Source: a virus (Duplodnaviria; Heunggongvirae; Uroviricota; Caudoviricetes). Taken from it: a stretch of DNA of 64,000 nucleotides. Each line of letters opens with the position of its first letter. Position 1 is the stretch's first letter. Below the pieces are notes generated by a model that was not told where the DNA came from, ran no database searches, and saw only the letters and a list, made by a program, of their open reading frames with translations. This document shows, piece after piece, positions 52,795 to 63,594 of the stretch. Location of the stretch: IMG/VR virus record IMGVR_UViG_2724679073_000003. One strand, 5' to 3'. The translations under genes were made by a program, and so were the position numbers.

Positions 52795-53594
52795 TCACTA
52801 TTACCAATAAGAAACAGTATCCCAGCGAGCAATATCTTAATGAGCTGATCACCAACATAGAGTTTGCTGCAAGGGCACCAGTTGAAGTCGTGAGAGCAAT
52901 GGCAGCAGAGCTACAGAAGCGGCGCGAAGCTGATAGCGCAGAACCAGTTGCTTATATTTTCAAACATCCGGCCGGGAAATTATTCTGGGCTTTAACGGAT
53001 GAAAGCAATAAAGATCAATCGGACGTTATTCCTGTTTATGCCGCCCCTCCAGTGCCAGTAGTACCTGCTGCATTACCTGAGAACGACGATGAGGACGGGC
53101 ATGACATTGATTATCTTGAGCCATCTGAAGTTTACTCGCTTGGGCGAATAGCTGGCTGGAACGCCTGCCGTGCTGCCATGCTTCATGGTGCCGAACCTGT
53201 AAGCCAAACTTACAAGTTGCCTCCCCTGTCATCCAGAGAAGTAAACGACGCGGCATGGAAATTACACAACATGCTGACTGAACACGGCCCTCTAAATGGG
53301 TGTCAGTTCAACAATTTGAAAGAGTGCTTCTATGAGGCATTAAAGGTCGCAATGCGCAACTATCCGGTAACTCCGGATGGTTGGATAAGCTGTAGTGAGC
53401 GAATGCCGGATACCAAAACAGCCGTTCTTGTTGCCGTGGAGTTTGACAGGAAAGGTGACTGGCGAATGAAATGGGCGACTTACATCCCGGGGCATCCTGA
53501 CGCTAATGATGGGTGGATAATTCCTGGTGCGTCGTGGAAACCGTCACACTGGATGCGGCTACCAGAACCGCCGCAGGAGGTTAACCGTGGCTAA
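52791..53594 (+). CDS. DUF551-like C-terminal domain protein
   Basis: 267 aa; C-terminus ...WKPSHWMRLPEPP. Confidence 0.5.
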   Translation: MITITNKKQYPSEQYLNELITNIEFAARAPVEVVRAMAAELQKRREADSAEPVAYIFKHPAGKLFWALTDESNKDQSDVIPVYAAPPVPVVPAALPENDDEDGHDIDYLEPSEVYSLGRIAGWNACRAAMLHGAEPVSQTYKLPPLSSREVNDAAWKLHNMLTEHGPLNGCQFNNLKECFYEALKVAMRNYPVTPDGWISCSERMPDTKTAVLVAVEFDRKGDWRMKWATYIPGHPDANDGWIIPGASWKPSHWMRLPEPPQEVNRG

Positions 53595-53868
53595 CCTGCA
53601 ACTAGCCGTTAAAGGTGAATACTTCGATGCCATGATTCGTGGAGAGAAAACGGAAGAGTATCGCCTGTGTAATGACTACTGGAATAAGCGAATTATGTTC
53701 CGGGAGTATGACCGCCTGATTATCACAAAGGGATATCCGAAGCGCGACGATTCCAGTCGCAGAATAGACGTCCCGTATAACGGATATGAAATCAAGACAA
53801 TCACACATCCGCACTTCGGTGATAAACCGGTAAAGGTGTACGCGATAAAGGTGAATATCAATGGCTAA
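53587..53868 (+). CDS. DUF3850/ASCH-like small protein
   Basis: GTG start after AGGAGG; KGEYFDAMIRGEKTEEYR. Confidence 0.45.
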   Translation: MANLQLAVKGEYFDAMIRGEKTEEYRLCNDYWNKRIMFREYDRLIITKGYPKRDDSSRRIDVPYNGYEIKTITHPHFGDKPVKVYAIKVNING

Positions 53869-54277
53869 ATTTCAAAGAGCTATTATTTTTCTGGCTATGT
53901 TATCAGCCAGTCATTTATCCCACGCGTCAGTTATTGCCGCTGGAGCGGCGGCAACAGCAGCGACCACGGCGGCAGTAAATGCTTCTATCGCCAGCGAGCA
54001 AGCGCGGCGTGCTGCAACCAATGCTTCCGCAAACACCACCACGGTATCAGCCACACAATCAAAACCGAATATAGGCTTTGTTACTTGCGGAAAGAGGAAT
54101 AGCGAAATGGTTGGTTCTCTTGGTTGTGTAATGTGGCAAGAGGACGATAGGCCTGAAATCCCGTGGAACTCATGGCCTGGTTACATTCTTGGTAAGAAGA
54201 TACCCACCAGCTATGAAGTAAATGCTATTTCATTCGACCAATATAACGGTGTTGCAACGGTGTATTTTCTGTATTAA
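53861..54277 (+). CDS. Secreted protein
   Basis: Signal peptide MAKFQRAIIFLAMLSASHLSHA. Confidence 0.5.
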   Translation: MAKFQRAIIFLAMLSASHLSHASVIAAGAAATAATTAAVNASIASEQARRAATNASANTTTVSATQSKPNIGFVTCGKRNSEMVGSLGCVMWQEDDRPEIPWNSWPGYILGKKIPTSYEVNAISFDQYNGVATVYFLY

Positions 54278-54289
54278 CACGGAGTAATT

Positions 54290-54583
54290 ATGTGGCGTGG
54301 TAATAATCATGGCAAAAGCCAGATGATACTTACCGAATATACGTTAGACCACAAAACCAATAAATCACGCTCAGTATATTTGCTCCGGCACAATAGCCGC
54401 GTAAGGAATACCGTACTGGAGCAAAATCTGACCGTTGAAATGGATAATTTTGGGAACTTCAAGCCAACAATTGCGCTTGATGATTTCCCGCGTGGTTTAA
54501 GCGAAAGAGAAGCAATGCTGAAATTAGCAGAATGGCTACAAAGATTAAGCATTGCTATTGAAGATAACTGGTCTGAACCTTAA
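54290..54583 (+). CDS. Hypothetical protein
   Basis: 97-aa ORF. Confidence 0.4.
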   Translation: MWRGNNHGKSQMILTEYTLDHKTNKSRSVYLLRHNSRVRNTVLEQNLTVEMDNFGNFKPTIALDDFPRGLSEREAMLKLAEWLQRLSIAIEDNWSEP

Positions 54584-54589
54584 ATTTAT

Positions 54590-54964
54590 ATGATGACACT
54601 AAAACATTTTCTTGACCGCCCATTATGGGCGGCAGCCGCAGGCTATGACTTTAATTATATGGATTGCATGTCTTATACTGCCAATGCATACGACCATTCG
54701 TTCAGCCTGCTGTTTAATTCTTTAAGAATATTGCCGGAAACAGAAGTTGGAGAGCTTCATTTATGGCTATTGGGTTTTATCGCGGCTGTCGTTGGTATTG
54801 CTGTATGGCCTTTTATTTTCTGGCTGGTGGCTGTTGTAGTGTGGTTTAAGTGCAAGACATACCGGAAAAAGTATTTCTTAGGTGATGGAATGACTGATAT
54901 TGCCAAAATGAACATTGAAAAATGGACTAAGGAATGTGAAAAGAAATGGCGCAAAAAGAAATGA
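54590..54964 (+). CDS. Membrane protein
   Basis: 124 aa, two predicted TM helices. Confidence 0.45.
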   Translation: MMTLKHFLDRPLWAAAAGYDFNYMDCMSYTANAYDHSFSLLFNSLRILPETEVGELHLWLLGFIAAVVGIAVWPFIFWLVAVVVWFKCKTYRKKYFLGDGMTDIAKMNIEKWTKECEKKWRKKK

Positions 54965-55569
54965 CCAGAATCACTGAAGAGCGTATATCAGAGATTATTT
55001 CCCGTATCGAAATGTATGGTCACGGAGCTGGATATACGGCAGATGAAGTATTGGAAATAGCCCAGCAGATGCTGGCCTTGAGACAAAAAGAGCAACATGA
55101 AAGCAATACGTGTAGATTGAATTTTGAGCAGTGGCTGGAACAGCAACGCGGGAAAATCGATGTGGACTGTGGTTGTGTGTCCACTGAAACATTCATGCAC
55201 TGGCTGCGGGTAGCTTACGAGGCTGGCAACTATCCGGATATTCCGGATAGTTCGGCGCAAGCACCAGGGAAGGGGGGCTTCCCCGGAGAGCGGATCCGAA
55301 TTAAGCCGCATGTTTACCGTGAACTGGTTAACCGCCTCCACGATACAGCGATCAAGTGTGCTGGCACCCAGCAATTACGGGAAAGAATTAGCCGCGTTTT
55401 GGGCGAAGTTATTACACCAGATCGTCATAAACAAGCCGAGAAAAGCGGCCTGGAAAGGAGTCATCTTGAGGCGGCATTAAACATTAAACCGGGGCATACG
55501 CTAGGTGTCATTGATGCCATGTTGGTTCATGAAATGGCTAAGGCGTTATTGCCACTGGAGGCTGATTAA
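54946..55569 (+). CDS. Hypothetical protein
   Basis: 207-aa ORF followed by hairpin CCCCTC...GAGGGG. Confidence 0.45.
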   Translation: MAQKEMTRITEERISEIISRIEMYGHGAGYTADEVLEIAQQMLALRQKEQHESNTCRLNFEQWLEQQRGKIDVDCGCVSTETFMHWLRVAYEAGNYPDIPDSSAQAPGKGGFPGERIRIKPHVYRELVNRLHDTAIKCAGTQQLRERISRVLGEVITPDRHKQAEKSGLERSHLEAALNIKPGHTLGVIDAMLVHEMAKALLPLEAD

Positions 55570-55632
55570 ATTCCGGATAAAGCTGATATCTGATCACCAT
55601 GCTAAAATCCCCTCAATTCACAGAGGGGATTT

Positions 55633-55905
55633 TTGTATATGTTGCGTAGATTTTTAGGTAAAAGCGTTATTGTCGGTGCGATGTTGGCTATGTCTGGGTG
55701 TGCTATGGTGCAATACAATGACGGAGAAAAGGTTAGCATCCAGTCAGATGGTTGGTATGGTCTGGATAGCCTGCAAAAAACAGCGGATAAAGCCTGCCAG
55801 CAATACGGAAAGTCTAAAGCCGTATATCAGCATAGCGCGAACGCTAACCCTCATCTTGCGCCCGGTTCGGGTGTTCAGAATACCATCTGGAAATGTGAGC
55901 CTTAA
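55633..55905 (+). CDS. Small lipoprotein
   Basis: Lipobox AMLAMSGC. Confidence 0.5.
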   Translation: MYMLRRFLGKSVIVGAMLAMSGCAMVQYNDGEKVSIQSDGWYGLDSLQKTADKACQQYGKSKAVYQHSANANPHLAPGSGVQNTIWKCEP

Positions 55906-55907
55906 AC

Positions 55908-56156
55908 ATGAGCGACTGGAATATTGCAGCCAAAAGTCAGGAAGAACGGGATAAGGTTAACGTAGATCTGGCTGCCAGCGGTGTGGCGTACAAAGAGCGA
56001 TTGAACATACCAGTCATAGCGGAACAGGTGGCCAGGGAACAACCTGAGCACTTGCGTGCATATTTCATGGAAAGACTACGTTATTACCGCGAGCAGAGCG
56101 TGAAACTACCAAAAGGAAGTGATCCGGTATATCAAAAGGCAGATCCACAAAAATAA
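55908..56156 (+). CDS. hot: Homologue of DNA polymerase III theta subunit (HolE-like)
   Basis: 82 aa; [36 protein letters not shown] parallels recalled HolE. Confidence 0.7.
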   Translation: MSDWNIAAKSQEERDKVNVDLAASGVAYKERLNIPVIAEQVAREQPEHLRAYFMERLRYYREQSVKLPKGSDPVYQKADPQK

Positions 56157-56231
56157 GCCTTTTCAATAAGCTATATCACCACCAGCTAAAAAATACATTC
56201 TGACTTGCATGAAATGCGCCCTTTAGCGATA

Positions 56232-56251
56232 TACTGTATATAAACACAGTA
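56232..56251 (+). promoter_or_regulatory. LexA box (SOS operator) upstream of humD
   Basis: TACTGTATATAAACACAGTA fits CTGT-N8-ACAG. Confidence 0.8.
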
Positions 56252-56267
56252 TTTAGGAGGGCGTATA

Positions 56268-56660
56268 ATGGGATTCCCATCACCAGCAGCCGATTTTGCT
56301 GAAAGCAGAATTTCGCTTGACGCACAATTCATCAAACGACCAACCGCAACATATTTCATGCGGGCCGCCTGCTCACATCTCCGTGAGGGGATTTTGCAAG
56401 GTGCAATGCTGGTGGTTGATTCATCTCTTCCACCACTGGATGGTTCTCTACTCATATGTGCCGTAGAGGGAGAATTTCGCGTAAAGCGATACCGCAAGCA
56501 TCCTCGCCCACACCTTGAGGATCTGGAAAGCGGAAGACGTGAGTCACTGCCAGATGATGATGACAGCAGCTATTCCGGGAGTCAGGCCATATTCGGGGTA
56601 ATCACATACATCATTAACGATGCCAGGAGTGGGGAATTTGATGATTGCCCGGTGATTTAA
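56268..56660 (+). CDS. humD: UmuD'-like protein (S24 peptidase domain)
   Basis: 130 aa; AGGAGG RBS; LexA-box controlled. Confidence 0.8.
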   Translation: MGFPSPAADFAESRISLDAQFIKRPTATYFMRAACSHLREGILQGAMLVVDSSLPPLDGSLLICAVEGEFRVKRYRKHPRPHLEDLESGRRESLPDDDDSSYSGSQAIFGVITYIINDARSGEFDDCPVI

Positions 56661-56732
56661 GCTGCAAAGAGCTGGTGCTTTATGCTTGTGAAGTTTATAC
56701 TTGTGTACACATAACGAGTACACGAGGTGTTT

Positions 56733-56954
56733 ATGCAATCCATTAACTTCCGTACCGCGCGCGGCAACCTTTCTGAAGTGCTCAACAATGTTGAAGCCGG
56801 GGAAGAGGTTGAAATCACCCGCAGAGGCCGTGAGCCAGCAGTAATTGTCAGCAAGGCTACTTTCGAAGCCTACAAAAAAGCGGCGCTGGATGCTGAATTT
56901 GCATCCCTGTTTGACACCCTGGACTCCACCAACAAGGAACTGGTTAACCGATAA
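56733..56954 (+). CDS. phd: Antitoxin Phd
   Basis: [39 protein letters not shown]... matches recalled P1 Phd. Confidence 0.9.
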
Positions 56955-57334
56955 TGAGGCATATATCACCGGAAGAACTTATTGCGCTTCATGATGCGAA
57001 TATAAGCCGCTACGGCGGCCTGCCTGGCATGTCAGATCCGGGCAGGGCAGAGGCCATTATCGGGAGAGTTCAGGCCAGAGTTGCCTACGAAGAGATCACC
57101 GACCTTTTCGAAGTCTCCGCCACCTACCTGGTGGCTACAGCGAGAGGGCATATATTCAATGATGCCAATAAGCGTACCGCGCTAAACAGCGCGCTGCTAT
57201 TTCTACGCCGTAACGGGGTGCAGGTATTTGATTCACCTGAACTGGCAGACCTTACTGTAGGCGCTGCGACTGGCGAGATATCTGTATCTTCTGTCGCCGA
57301 CACGTTACGTAGATTGTATGGTTCTGCGGAGTAG
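56954..57334 (+). CDS. doc: Toxin Doc (Fic-fold kinase)
   Basis: 126 aa, start overlaps phd stop; [10 protein letters not shown] motif. Confidence 0.9.
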
Positions 57335-57338
57335 ATTA

Positions 57339-57518
57339 ATGGCACGCAAATACAACAAATTGTCCCGTGAAGCGTTAAAGATGCTTCTTGATGGCGTGAG
57401 TCGCCGCGAGGTAAAGCAATACCTGGTTGGTAAGCAAATTGGAGCCAGGACTGCTATTGCTGTGTTATGCCGTCAGGAAATGGTTGTGCTTAAACAGAGA
57501 ATGCCGGGCAGCAGATAA
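57339..57518 (+). CDS. Small basic protein downstream of doc
   Basis: 59 aa from the internal ATG of track ORF 57318-57518. Confidence 0.35.
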   Translation: MARKYNKLSREALKMLLDGVSRREVKQYLVGKQIGARTAIAVLCRQEMVVLKQRMPGSR

Positions 57519-57545
57519 AGCCCAATCAGTGATGAAAGGTGTGAT

Positions 57546-58589
57546 GTGAAAGCCGTAATTACTCCCTTTGTACAAAAAGAGCTTGGCGTCGCCACATTCA
57601 AAGTGGATCAGGAAGTCAGAAAGCTGGTGGAGGCTGGCCGTAAATTTATTATGGAGCCGGTGCCGCGTGAGTTAATCGAGCACATGGACGACGGCCTCGT
57701 TGTTTCCGAGCAAACTATGGCAACAAATGAGGCGTTGCAGCCGTTTTTTAACAGCGATGAACTGTTTCGCCGTATTGGTGGAATTGACGCGCTGGTGGCG
57801 TGGTTGCGCAGGAAAGAGGGGCAATGCCAGGCCGCAGATCGTAGCTGGTGTGACAACCATATTGTCCACGCAGAACGAGACAATAGCGCGGTGTTGTTGT
57901 GCTGGCATCACGATAACCATTACCGGATGCGTGGTTTTAATGAGCTGAAAGAAACGCTGCATAATAATCGCGTTAACTGGATACTGGATGTCGCCCGTCA
58001 GGAAATGGGGCTTTCAGATGGCCATGATTTAAGTATTCAGGAACTGTGCTGGTGGGCTTTCATGCGCAACATGATGCACCTGATGCCGGAAGAAGTTTGC
58101 CGTATATCAATAAATAAGATGAAAGCCGCAACGCAGGATAGCGGACCTCTGAAAGAGGCGGATATTCGCCCGTATGACGATCGCGCTACAGCATATGTTC
58201 AGATGATGGAAGAACGCGCCGCGCCGATGCGTGCAAAAGTATGCCCTGTGGATGTTGACTCCGACCCTGGCATGGCGCATTTCAAAATACCAAAACTGCA
58301 ATCGCTAAAATTACCTGAGTACATGGACTTTGTTGCTTCCCGTCCATGCTGTGGGTGTGGAGCGGCGGGAGCTGGCGCTCACATTACGCCTTATATCGTT
58401 CGTCATAGTCGATTATGCGCGCATGACATTTACGCAATTCCTCTGTGCCAGTCATGCCAGCGTGATATTGAGCGTGACCGCGATAATTGGGAGAAGACGC
58501 ACGGTAGGCTGGCGATGCATCAACGATTGTTCTTTGATTACGCGCTTGGAGTCGGCGCTATCACAAGTCACTCGTCGAGCGTTAGATAA
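57546..58589 (+). CDS. Hypothetical Cys-rich protein
   Basis: 347 aa; C-terminal [14 protein letters not shown]...CQSCQRD. Confidence 0.5.
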   Translation: MKAVITPFVQKELGVATFKVDQEVRKLVEAGRKFIMEPVPRELIEHMDDGLVVSEQTMATNEALQPFFNSDELFRRIGGIDALVAWLRRKEGQCQAADRSWCDNHIVHAERDNSAVLLCWHHDNHYRMRGFNELKETLHNNRVNWILDVARQEMGLSDGHDLSIQELCWWAFMRNMMHLMPEEVCRISINKMKAATQDSGPLKEADIRPYDDRATAYVQMMEERAAPMRAKVCPVDVDSDPGMAHFKIPKLQSLKLPEYMDFVASRPCCGCGAAGAGAHITPYIVRHSRLCAHDIYAIPLCQSCQRDIERDRDNWEKTHGRLAMHQRLFFDYALGVGAITSHSSSVR

Positions 58590-58590
58590 A

Positions 58591-58607
58591 ATTGCTCTAA
58601 TGTATTG
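58591..58607 (+). promoter_or_regulatory. C1-operator-like site upstream of lpa
   Basis: ATTGCTCTAATGTATTG with a second degenerate half-site following. Confidence 0.5.
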
Positions 58608-58707
58608 CTATTTCTTTAATCGAGGGTATTATATTCCACGTTGATTAGTTGACATGGGCTAATCAGTAGGTGACAGGATGTTACTTAACTGGCAGGGACG
58701 CCACTTC

Positions 58708-59130
58708 ATGGAAATAAATCACTCACGAATAACATCGTACGAGATTGCGGATTACATGATCCGCACTAAATCTCTTCTATCAGCGAAAGAACTCGCAGCA
58801 ATTCTTGAAAAGGAATACCCGCATCTGGATGTCGATAAGCGCGATGTTTATCTGCGCTTAAAGGCTATCGCTGTGTCTAAGTATTCGTCTGTTTTGATTG
58901 ATGACAGTACACGCCCACGTAGATTTCAGATCCACTCTCTGAATCCTGAATTCTTTCGCCGTAGCCGCGCTCCGCGCCGGTTTGATGAAAAACTCCAGAA
59001 CGAACTCTATATGACGCAGGACGAAAAGGAACGCCGGGAGCACCAGCCTTGGGTAATGGCGCGTCAACTTTTCAATAAGGTGGCCCGTCAGCACCGTCAT
59101 TACGGTAATGCCACATCCGCACGTATCTGA
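58708..59130 (+). CDS. lpa: Late promoter activator Lpa-like protein (start uncertain; track ORF begins 58678)
   Basis: Position immediately upstream of pacA as in P1; basic C-terminus. Confidence 0.5.
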   Translation: MEINHSRITSYEIADYMIRTKSLLSAKELAAILEKEYPHLDVDKRDVYLRLKAIAVSKYSSVLIDDSTRPRRFQIHSLNPEFFRRSRAPRRFDEKLQNELYMTQDEKERREHQPWVMARQLFNKVARQHRHYGNATSARI

Positions 59131-59215
59131 TTGATTGCTTGCCCGTTCCGGGCCTTTTGACATGTGACTTTCGTTACCCTCGCGTCAAAAAGAGTTTTTA
59201 CGAAAGGAAGCATAA

Positions 59216-60409
59216 GTGACCTGGGACGATCACAAGAAGAATTTTGCTCGCCTGGCGCGAGATGGTGGTTACACCATCGCACAGTATGCCGCCGAGTTTA
59301 ATCTTAACCCTAATACCGCACGTCGTTATCTCCGTGCCTTCAAAGAAGACACCAGGACAGCGGACAGCCGCAAGCCAAATAAGCCAGTCAGGAAGCCACT
59401 AAAAAGCATGATCATTGATCACTCTAATGATCAACATGCAGGTGATCATATTGCAGCTGAAATAGCTGAAAAACAAAGAGTTAATGCTGTTGTCAGTGCC
59501 GCAGTCGAGAACGCTAAGCGCCAAAATAAGCGCATAAATGATCGTTCTGATGATCATGACGTGATCACCCGCGCCCACCGTACCTTACGTGATCGCCTGG
59601 AACGCGACACCCTGGATGATGATGGTGAACGCTTTGAATTCGAAGCTGGCGATTACCTGATAGATAACGTTGAAGCGCGGAAGGCCGCTCGCGCTATGTT
59701 GCGTCGGTCCGGGGCCGATGTTCTGGAAACCACTCTTCTGGAAAAGTCTCTTTCTCATCTCCTTATGCTGGAGAACGCCAGGGATACGTGTATTCGCCTG
59801 GTGCAGGAAATGCACGAGCAGCAAAAAGACGATGATGAAGGTACTCCGCCTGAATACCGTATCGCGAGCATGCTAAACAGCTGTTCCGCGCAGATAAGCA
59901 GCCTGATCAACACCATTTACAGCATCCGGAATAACTATCGAAAAGAAAGCCGGGAGGCGGAAAAGCACGCTTTGTCTATGGGGCAAGCTGGCATTGTTAA
60001 GCTGGCATACGAACGAAAGCGTGAAAATAACTGGTCAGTGCTGGAAGCAGCTGAATTCATCGAGGCGCATGGCGGGAAAGTGCCGCCCCTGATGCTGGAG
60101 CAAATCAAAGCCGATCTGCGTGCTCCGAAGACCAATACCGATGATGAGGAAAGGCAAACAGCCGTCGGTGGCCCTTCTCTTGAAGATCTGGACAAAGTTG
60201 CGCGAGAACGGGCCGCCAACCGCCGCGCCGATGCCGCATTGTGGATTGAGCAGCGTAGGGAAGAAATCGCCGATATCGTTGATACAGGCGGTTATGGAGA
60301 TGTTGATACTGAAGGTGTATCAAACGAACCATGGCTGGAACAAGACCTGGACGAAGACGAGGAGGAAGACGAAGAAGTTACCCGCAAGCTATACGGGGAT
60401 GATGATTAA
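59216..60409 (+). CDS. pacA: Terminase small subunit PacA
   Basis: 397 aa; contains the pac hexamer cluster; acidic C-terminus. Confidence 0.9.
   Translation: MTWDDHKKNFARLARDGGYTIAQYAAEFNLNPNTARRYLRAFKEDTRTADSRKPNKPVRKPLKSMIIDHSNDQHAGDHIAAEIAEKQRVNAVVSAAVENAKRQNKRINDRSDDHDVITRAHRTLRDRLERDTLDDDGERFEFEAGDYLIDNVEARKAARAMLRRSGADVLETTLLEKSLSHLLMLENARDTCIRLVQEMHEQQKDDDEGTPPEYRIASMLNSCSAQISSLINTIYSIRNNYRKESREAEKHALSMGQAGIVKLAYERKRENNWSVLEAAEFIEAHGGKVPPLMLEQIKADLRAPKTNTDDEERQTAVGGPSLEDLDKVARERAANRRADAALWIEQRREEIADIVDTGGYGDVDTEGVSNEPWLEQDLDEDEEEDEEVTRKLYGDDD
59409..59567 (+). other. pac: pac packaging site (4 + 3 TGATCA/G hexamers, Dam GATC sites)
   Basis: TGATCA at 59409, 59417, 59428, 59442; TGATCG/TGATCA at 59539, 59550, 59562, separated by about 90 bp. 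Confidence 0.8.
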
Positions 60410-61893
60410 TGGCCAGAAGTTGCGTAACGGATCCACGTTGGCGCGAGCTGGTGGCGCTATATCGTTATGACTGGATTGCGGCCGCTGATGTTTTGTTCGG
60501 CAAAACACCTACCTGGCAGCAGGATCTGATTATTGAGTCTGTGCAGGAACAGGGTAGCAAGACATCTGTTTCGTCTGGCCACGGTACCGGGAAATCAGAC
60601 ATGACTTCTATCATGATCATGTTGTTCATAATCATGTATCCCGGTGCCCGAGCCATTATCGTTGCGAACAAAATTCAGCAGGTAATGACCGGTATATTCA
60701 AGTACATCAAGATAAACTGGGCTACTGCCACCAGCCGTTTTCCATGGCTTGCTGATTATTTTGTTCTGACAGAAACCGCTTTCTATGAGGTTACTGGTAA
60801 AGGTGTATGGACTGTAGTACCGAAGGGCTTTCGTCTGGGAAGTGAAGAAGCTCTCGCCGGTGAACACGCAGATCATCTTCTGTATATTATCGATGAAGCC
60901 TCCGGTGTCAGTGATAGAGCTTTCGGTATCATCACCGGTGCTCTTACCGGACAGGATAACCGCATCTTATTACTGTCACAGCCTACACGCCCAAGCGGCT
61001 ATTTCTACGATACTCACCATAAACTGGCCAAGCGTCCTGGTAACCCTGATGGCGTTTATACGGCGATCACGCTTAACAGTGAGGAATCACCGCTGGTAAC
61101 GCCAGCATTTATCAAAATGAAGCTGGCGGAGTACGGCGGGCGTGATAACCCTATGTACATGATTAAGGTACGCGGACTATTCCCTAAATCACAGGATGGC
61201 TTCCTTCTTGGACGTGATGAGGTTGAACGTGCGACGCGGCGGAAAGTCAAGATTGCCAAAGGATGGGGCTGGCTTGCATGTGTGGACGTTGCTGGTGGTA
61301 CGGGACGGGATAAGTCCGTTATCAATATCATGATGGTGTCCGGCCAGAGAAATAAACGCCGTGTAATCAACTATCGAATGCTGGAATACACAGACGTTAC
61401 AGAAACGCAGCTTGCCGCCAAAATTTTCGCAGAATGTAATCCTGAGCGATTCCCAAATATCACCATAGCGATAGACGGCGATGGGCTGGGTAAAGCAACG
61501 GCGGATCTGATGTACGAGTATTATGGTATTACCGTACAGCGTATACGCTGGGGTAAAAAGATGCATAGTCGTGAAGATAAGAGCCTGTACTTTGATAAAC
61601 GTGCTTATGCCAACGTTCAAGCCGCAGAGGCCGTAAAATCTGGTCGTATGAGACTGGATAAGGGTAATGAAACTATTGAGGAAGCGTCGAAAATCCCTGT
61701 AGGGATTAACTCCGCAGGTCAATGGAAGGTGATGAGTAAGGAGGATATGAAGAAAAAACTCAACCTGCACTCACCAGACCATTGGGATACATATTGTTTC
61801 GCTATGCTGGCGGATTATGTTCCCCAGGATGAAGTGCTTAGCGTCGAAGACGAAGCGCAGGTTGATGAAGCTCTGGCATGGCTTAATGAATGA
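60409..61893 (+). CDS. pacB: Terminase large subunit PacB
   Basis: 494 aa; start overlaps pacA stop; Walker-like region [10 protein letters not shown]. Confidence 0.85.
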   Translation: MARSCVTDPRWRELVALYRYDWIAAADVLFGKTPTWQQDLIIESVQEQGSKTSVSSGHGTGKSDMTSIMIMLFIIMYPGARAIIVANKIQQVMTGIFKYIKINWATATSRFPWLADYFVLTETAFYEVTGKGVWTVVPKGFRLGSEEALAGEHADHLLYIIDEASGVSDRAFGIITGALTGQDNRILLLSQPTRPSGYFYDTHHKLAKRPGNPDGVYTAITLNSEESPLVTPAFIKMKLAEYGGRDNPMYMIKVRGLFPKSQDGFLLGRDEVERATRRKVKIAKGWGWLACVDVAGGTGRDKSVINIMMVSGQRNKRRVINYRMLEYTDVTETQLAAKIFAECNPERFPNITIAIDGDGLGKATADLMYEYYGITVQRIRWGKKMHSREDKSLYFDKRAYANVQAAEAVKSGRMRLDKGNETIEEASKIPVGINSAGQWKVMSKEDMKKKLNLHSPDHWDTYCFAMLADYVPQDEVLSVEDEAQVDEALAWLNE

Positions 61894-61895
61894 AT

Positions 61896-61912
61896 ATTTG
61901 CTCTAATAAATT
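61896..61912 (+). promoter_or_regulatory. C1-operator-like site after pacB, upstream of second immI-like module
   Basis: ATTTGCTCTAATAAATT. Confidence 0.65.
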
Positions 61913-62094
61913 GTGTTTTTTAACTGCCGATGTTACATTGAACCTGACCTCTTGCGCCTTGAGGCATTTTCGGTTTATGCTTATCAGGCACCTCATTAAA
62001 ACGGGTGCCGGGATTGGCCTCCCGCTTAAGTCTAAGGCGATACAGACGCCGCTCGCGTCTTTTTTTGTATCGGCGTACACGCACACCTCTACAA

Positions 62095-62225
62095 TGGTGG
62101 GCTGTATGGGGCTACCTTCGGGTAGGCTGGTTACCTTGGACGCCAGTAAGGCCAACTCCGTACAGTCCACCGCCAGCAAGATTGGTCTCTTCTGCGGTGG
62201 TTACATACCAACGTCTAAGGAGGCT
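62095..62225 (+). ncRNA. Candidate c4-like structured RNA (second copy)
   Basis: Nested inverted repeats GGTGGGCTGTATGG / CCGTACAGTCCACC and GGCTACC-TTCG-GGTAGGC, analogous to 11745-11860. Confidence 0.3.
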
Positions 62226-62241
62226 GCCAATATGGCTACTA

Positions 62242-62453
62242 TCCCTACCCCAACTCATCCTGAATTTATCTGGCGCTTTTACTCCTGCCAAAAACGTCAC
62301 TATCACTTCGTTATTGCACCGACAGAAGATGAGGCTCGCTCTCAGCTTCCGGATGCTCCCTGCATTTTCTCCGCCCGTTTTTCCACTGATTTGCGCAATT
62401 CTCTCAGTTACTGGTGCCTCCCTGTAAACGCTTCTGCTCAGGAGGGACTATGA
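62242..62453 (+). CDS. Icd-like small protein (paralogue)
   Basis: 70 aa; EFIWRFYSCQKRHYHFVIAPTEDEARSQLPD about 75% identical to the 11878-12099 product; AAGGAGG RBS. Confidence 0.55.
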
Positions 62454-63562
62454 GAACGTCATTAGTCACCCGTGAAGAGATGATCGAGGCAATTGAACAG
62501 CATACCGCCTGTATCAGTACCAGGGATATACCAGGCGTTATTGCCAACTACTTCATGATCACCAAACAACTTTACCGGAGAAAGGACAAAAACGCGGTTC
62601 ACCGCATTCTGCTAACCGATATCCGTGAATACCTGCTCGAACAGGGTCATCTGAATTACGCAACCGTCGCAGCCGAAGCACGCAAGGAGGCACACAGAAT
62701 GAAAGCAACTAACGTTAAATCAGAAAAAATTTATGCACCTTCAGTTCAGGAATCGGAACTGGTGGTTGTTCAGAATCAGCCGGATGAAATTCCCGTTCTG
62801 GAGTGGCAGGGGGTGCGTGTAGTGACAACCGAGACTCTTGCTAGAGGGTATGGGACCGAAACTAATAACATCAAAGTTAACTATACGCGTAATGCTGATC
62901 GCTTTGAGGAAGGTAAACATTACTTTCTACTAACTGGTTCAAAATTAAAAGAATTGAAGGACAAGGTTACTCAAAGTAACTTAGTCGCACCGCGAGCAAA
63001 GCACCTCACTCTCTGGACGGAACGCGGCGCAGCCCGCCACGCTAAAATGCTCGAAACCGATCAGGCATGGGCATTCTTTGAAAAACTGGAAGACAGCTAC
63101 TTCCGGCAAAAAGAACAGCAACCGGTTGCAATCCCCCAGACGCTTCCAGAAGCTCTGCGCCTGGCTGCCGAACTGGCTGAACAAAAGCAGCTTCTGGAAC
63201 AGAAAGCCCACCAGCTAAATCAGCAGCTGGTGGCCGCCGCTCCTAAAGTCGATTTTGCCGACCGGGTATCAGTAGCTAAAGGGATCCTGATTGGGAATTT
63301 TGCAAAGGTTGTTGGACTTAAGCAAAACGCGCTGTTTGTCTGGTTACGGGAGAACGGCATCCTGATAGCGTCCGGTGGACGTAAAAATGTGCCGTTCCAG
63401 CAGTACATCAACGCGGGGTATTTCACGGTGAAAGAAGTGGTACTGGATGATGAAGATGGCTACCAGATACGGTTGACGCCTCAATTAACGGGTAAAGGCC
63501 AGCAGTGGTTGACGCGTAAACTGCTCGATGCTGGCTTGTTAAAACCGGTGGCGGCTGAATAA
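62450..63562 (+). CDS. Antirepressor paralogue (ORF6N/Bro-N plus KilAC)
   Basis: 370 aa; collinear with Ant at 12096-13505 but lacks an internal segment of about 100 aa; ATGA overlap with upstream ORF. Confidence 0.75.
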   Translation: MRTSLVTREEMIEAIEQHTACISTRDIPGVIANYFMITKQLYRRKDKNAVHRILLTDIREYLLEQGHLNYATVAAEARKEAHRMKATNVKSEKIYAPSVQESELVVVQNQPDEIPVLEWQGVRVVTTETLARGYGTETNNIKVNYTRNADRFEEGKHYFLLTGSKLKELKDKVTQSNLVAPRAKHLTLWTERGAARHAKMLETDQAWAFFEKLEDSYFRQKEQQPVAIPQTLPEALRLAAELAEQKQLLEQKAHQLNQQLVAAAPKVDFADRVSVAKGILIGNFAKVVGLKQNALFVWLRENGILIASGGRKNVPFQQYINAGYFTVKEVVLDDEDGYQIRLTPQLTGKGQQWLTRKLLDAGLLKPVAAE

Positions 63563-63565
63563 TGG

Positions 63566-63590
63566 AAGAATGCCCGGTTGATGCCGGGCA
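63566..63590. terminator. Hairpin between convergent ant paralogue and c1
   Basis: ATGCCCGG-TTGA-TGCCGGGCAT. Confidence 0.4.
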
Positions 63591-63594
63591 TAAT

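Noticed and set aside
61890-62453. Single 187-aa ORF spanning the second immunity leader
   Set aside because: Only the last 70 codons (from ATG 62242 with AAGGAGG RBS) parallel Icd; the upstream part covers the operator and structured leader.
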